In this document: one piece after another, positions 60,041-64,000 of the stretch
Layout: every line of letters starts with the position of its first letter
Position numbering within the stretch: the stretch's first letter is position 1
NCBI RefSeq assembly: GCF_963506605.1
Contig: NC_083281.1
Coordinates: 24,800,001 to 24,864,000, forward strand
Length of the DNA stretch: 64,000 bases
Source of the DNA: Zootoca vivipara
Taxonomy: Eukaryota
Direction of reading: 5' to 3'
Notes under the pieces: generated by a model
Seen by the model: only the letters and a program-made list of their open reading frames with translations
What the model was told of the DNA's origin: nothing
Database searches by the model: none
Made by a program: the position numbers and the translations under genes

Positions 60041-61087
60041 TGTAGATGTACACTGAGCACAGACTTATTAATATAAGAATGCAATGACAACAAGGTTCTG
60101 CCTCATATCTGAAGTGTGTCAAGTTCTTTCTTCCAACCCTCTCTCTGGACCTCTCCTGTTATTTGCATCAAAATAGATGGTGGGGGCAGTGACAGTGAAA
60201 AAATTGCATTAGCATGTGCAGAGATAATTTGTTCTGCTTAAAGGAAGCCCTTTCAACACTAAATTGTCTGCTGGGGGAATCCTGCACATCATTTGTCACA
60301 TGACCCATTTGCATTGCAGAAAATTCTGAGAATGGAAAAGCATCATAAGGCATGTTATACAGTATTGGTTCCCATGCTCAGACCTGTCATGTTTCACTGT
60401 CAAGGTCCATGAACTGGGAATGTGCATAAACTGACAGATAGGCTGTGCCTTGTTGTAGCTGTGCACTGAAGATCAGCAGTATTGACCATGTATCACTGGT
60501 TTTGATCTTGGAATGACATACTGCAAACACGGAGCAGGAATCCTAACACATATATACTTCTGATGGGAGACCCCAAACAGAGACTGAAAACCCCTATGCA
60601 GTTTAAAATCACCAAGGTACTTTGAGCTCATCTCTGACAAAAGCCTAATAAATTGGTACAGGCATGTATTTGTTACTAAATGCTCTGCTGCTGATCATTT
60701 GCAACTTTTATCCTGCATAACCTTGAAAGAGGTTTTTATGATCTTGGAGCAGAAATTACATCCTATTTATGAGTTTTCCCTTCCCCCTCCCATGCCCAAC
60801 ACACAGCTCTGCTCAAACAGGTGTTTTCCGAGAAAACGAAAGCTAAATGGCATTGCTGTAGGTCCTCCTTCTTGTAAATCATTTCCTAGACTGTGCTGGG
60901 TCCTGATGAAGAGCAAAAGCAAGCAGTGTGAGGCTCACGTTGCATCAAAACTCAGGAGAAATATGATGATATGGTACAAAGACTTTAAACAAATTAGTTC
61001 TTTTGACTGTTGGGAAAAACTTCCTTTGCATGCTTCTCCTCTGCTTTCAGGCTGGAAAGATTTATGCTTCCTTTTGAACACGCACAG

Positions 61088-61654
61088 TGTGGGATGTGAT
61101 CCATGAGAAGCAGTCAAGTACAACATTCCTTGTAATGCTAGAGAAGACATATGAGGGAATGAGGGAATGTTTGGTCCAGCCAGTTGAAACTTCCTGTTCC
61201 TCCTGGCAGGAGCATCCTTCCTTTTGCATGTGATAGAAGGTAGGCATGACCTTACCTGTCCAGGTAAGAAAGGGACAAGTCATGCAGCAGCACCCCTCTC
61301 TTTTTGACTTCCTTCTTCGTCTGACCAGCTTCTTAGCTAGGACTGCTTTGCTAGCTTTAAGCTAGCAGAAGCACTGGGATTATTACCCCATATGGGGTAG
61401 ATCCACATGTAGATCCACATGTACATATTTGTAACTTAGTCTGCCTTCAGGAATCCAACTGTGAACTGATGTGAGTAAACGTCTTTTATTGACTTTGAAT
61501 AAGATTGTCGCGTCTTTATTCTTTTAAGAGGGATTCGAGGGAATTCACCAGGAACGTACAATTCAATCTGAGACGGATTGAATTATATAATAGTGAGAGG
61601 CCCACGCGAGCCTGCAACCAGCAATCTGCTGTGCATTTTAAAAAGGAGAATGTA
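61088..61654 (+). mobile_element. Copia-type LTR related to the full-length element, interrupted by the L1-like element
   Basis: Begins TGTGGGATG like the copia LTR and shares colinear blocks AGTAAAC, TTCTTTTAAGAGGGA, CCAGGAA, AAAAGGRGAATGT. Confidence 0.65.
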
Positions 61655-63940
61655 GGCTTCCGGTTGACCGTCTTGAGCAGTCGGGGGTCCGTTCAGCGGA
61701 GCGTACCTCGGCGCTTCAGAGGTGGAGGGAATAGTCCCAGCGAAACGAACCCTCCTAAAAAGCCCCAAATCGAGCTTTTTGGGGACAGATTTTGCCTGGC
61801 GGCACCATGTGCGGGCTCTCTCTTCCCCGGATCGGCTTTGTTTAAGCCCCCGAGAGCGAGGAGGTGAACCGCGGCGGACAGGCTGAGATTGCTACTCTGA
61901 GAGCACGAAGCTGCGTGACTGGAAGGTGGAGGCAGCCAATTCTTCTAAGAAAATTCAGCAAAAGATTGAACTGTGAGTAATTTGGACTTTTTGGAATTAA
62001 AATTAAGGAAATTTGCTTAAGGAAGAGAGGTTAAAAAACGGAAGCCGACCTCCTTCTAATGATGGCTGAAAGAAGCAGTTAAGAAAATACCCGATGCCAA
62101 GATAATTCTGGAATTTTTGTGTTATGTATCTTCAAGAACTGTACTGAAATCCCCTTTCGTAGAAGGGCTAAGGGGAGAGTGGGTGATTTATTAAGAGAGG
62201 AGAGTCTCTTCCCACCGCTGGAACCAGCAGCCCTGACGGACTCAGCAAGATTTGTGAAAGAAGGAGAGTTGAAATAATGTTGATAAGTTGAGCTGTAAGA
62301 ATTACTTACGAAAACTCCCTCCGGAAAAATATAATTTGGAAATAAGTAACTGATTCTTTTTTTAACTTGTGGATATATTGTAACCAGTTTGGGGGGAAAA
62401 TGGCGATGGTTGAAGAAATGTAACCCCTTCCTGTGCTCTGGAATAACACTGTGTCCTTGAGAGGAGTACAAAAATGTCAACATGCAGCTGGATTCAAAGA
62501 AAAAATTCTGAGACTCTTATGGGAACTTACAATTGGAACCTACAAAGACAATTTACAATTAGGAGAGATGAAACAACTTCTCCAAGGGGACAAGGGACAA
62601 AAAATGTCGGATGAAGGGATTAAAGAAGAAATAGATGGAAATCAAGAACTACGTCAACTTTCGTGTCAGGAGGAAGTTTGCCATGAGAAGAAAGAGGGAA
62701 AAGTCTCCAATCAAGTGTATCAGAGAAACAGTGCCCCCAATTTTCGGATCAGGAGGAGATTTGCAATGAGAAGAAAGAGGAAAAAGTTTTTGAGCAAGTG
62801 TGTCAGAGAAATGGCGCCCCCATAGAAGGGGGAGCACGAATTATGTTTGGACTTCAGAATTCCCATAAGGAACAAAGACTGTGGGAGAAGATCAATTACA
62901 TTGAGTGGAACATTCAAATAAGAAAAGAGCAACAGGGAGGGAATGGAAAATCTGGACATGTAAAATATTGCAGAAAGGGAGTGGGGTGAATGGAAAAGGG
63001 TTTCATGTTTAAAGGCTGGTTAAAATGGTTTTGAAACTGGTTTACGGATTTTGTAACTTGCTGAATCAAGAAGGGACGAGTTGTGAACAGGGGGGGGGAG
63101 AGAGCTTAAGTTAGAAAGAAAAGATATAAAATGGAATGTGAAAATAAGATATAGAATTTATAAAATTATGAAAGTTCTTGCAGAAAATTTAGGCAAGGGA
63201 AGAAAAGTAGATTAGTGAAGTAAAGTGGGGGTTTTTAGAATAGAAATGAGATTATTAGTATAGCTATAAAAAAGTGAATTGGAAGGGATAGCTGGGTGCT
63301 TTACCCTCCCCTGCAGGTCATCTCCGTTCTGGGGTCCCTTGGTGGCAGGGGGAGCTGCCGGAGTGGAGGGGACTGGGAGGAGGGGGGGATTCAGCTGGAA
63401 AAGAACCATCTCCTGCTTGTCTTTTGCATCCTGGAGGCTCTCGGTGGCAGGGAGAGTTCTGGAGTGCAGGGGGAAGGAGGGAATGGAATGAGATATATAA
63501 ATATAAAAAGTAATAGATAATTTGAGTAAATAGCTAAATAGATAAGTATAAGTTAATTGAGATTAATATGGTTTGTAAAAAATGAGAACTGAAAAAGTTG
63601 ATTTGGCAAATGAAAATCAATAAGGGGGGGGTCTGGGGAAGCCCAAGGGATAATGTTTAGGAAAAAAGATAAGGTTTAAATTTTTGGTGTTGTGTGTTTT
63701 GTTTTTATTTTTATTTTTATTGTTCTTCTCTTTTTTGTTCTTTTTTTTGTTCTTTTTACCCACCTTTCTCTCTCCTTGTCACCCTGGAGCCTCTTGGTGG
63801 CAGGGGGAGGCTCTGGGGGAAGGGAGGGAGGGGGAATTTAATTATAAAATGAATCACCTTCGATTGTCCACTTTTCAGGGGACTCTCTTGTGGGAGGAGA
63901 GGGCTCTTGGATGGGGGGTAGGAGAAGGTGGAAAATATGT
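61655..63940 (+). mobile_element. Second L1-like non-autonomous element, 3' end not resolved in the window
   Basis: Starts GGCTTCCGG after a TT/AAAA-type site, with a CpG-rich head, A/G-rich degenerate body and G-rich then T-rich 3' tracts as in 37173..44532. Confidence 0.55.
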
Positions 63941-64000
63941 TATGTATGTGTATAATAATAATAATAAATTTTTATTTATACCCCGCCCTCCCCAGTCAAA

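Larger units (their letters stand above)
52090..61075 (-). repeat. Inverted segmental duplication carrying paralog 5
   Basis: Reverse complement of the paralog 1/4 unit from the 3' flank through CDS, intron and promoter, extending to match 29840-30470. Confidence 0.85.

Overview
Vertebrate genomic DNA, most likely a squamate and probably a lacertid-type lizard (Sauria SINEs, Bov-B, CR1/L2, Penelope and hAT MITEs are present). The window is a tandem/inverted cluster of five intact immunity-related GTPase (IRG, interferon-inducible GTPase 5/IRGC-like, all GKS-type) genes at 3353+, 19756+, 27814-, 45494+ and 54639-. Each appears to have a short non-coding first exon and one coding exon. The most striking observation is that the proximal upstream region of all five genes is a decayed IRG G-domain coding sequence (G1, switch I and G3 remnants). 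In four of the five, the W-D-x-P codons read as an NF-kB-type site, about 110-180 bp before a conserved IRF element and the first exon. A duplicated GAS+ISRE module lies further upstream. The cluster was built by segmental duplication and inversion and is full of nested mobile DNA: an intact, very young Ty1/copia element (identical LTRs, TG...TA ends) inside a non-autonomous L1-like element, two inverted palindrome-rich non-autonomous Helitrons, Penelope remnants with hammerhead ribozyme cores, and many hAT MITEs with target-site duplications. One 152-N assembly gap (35138-35289). All alignments were made by eye.
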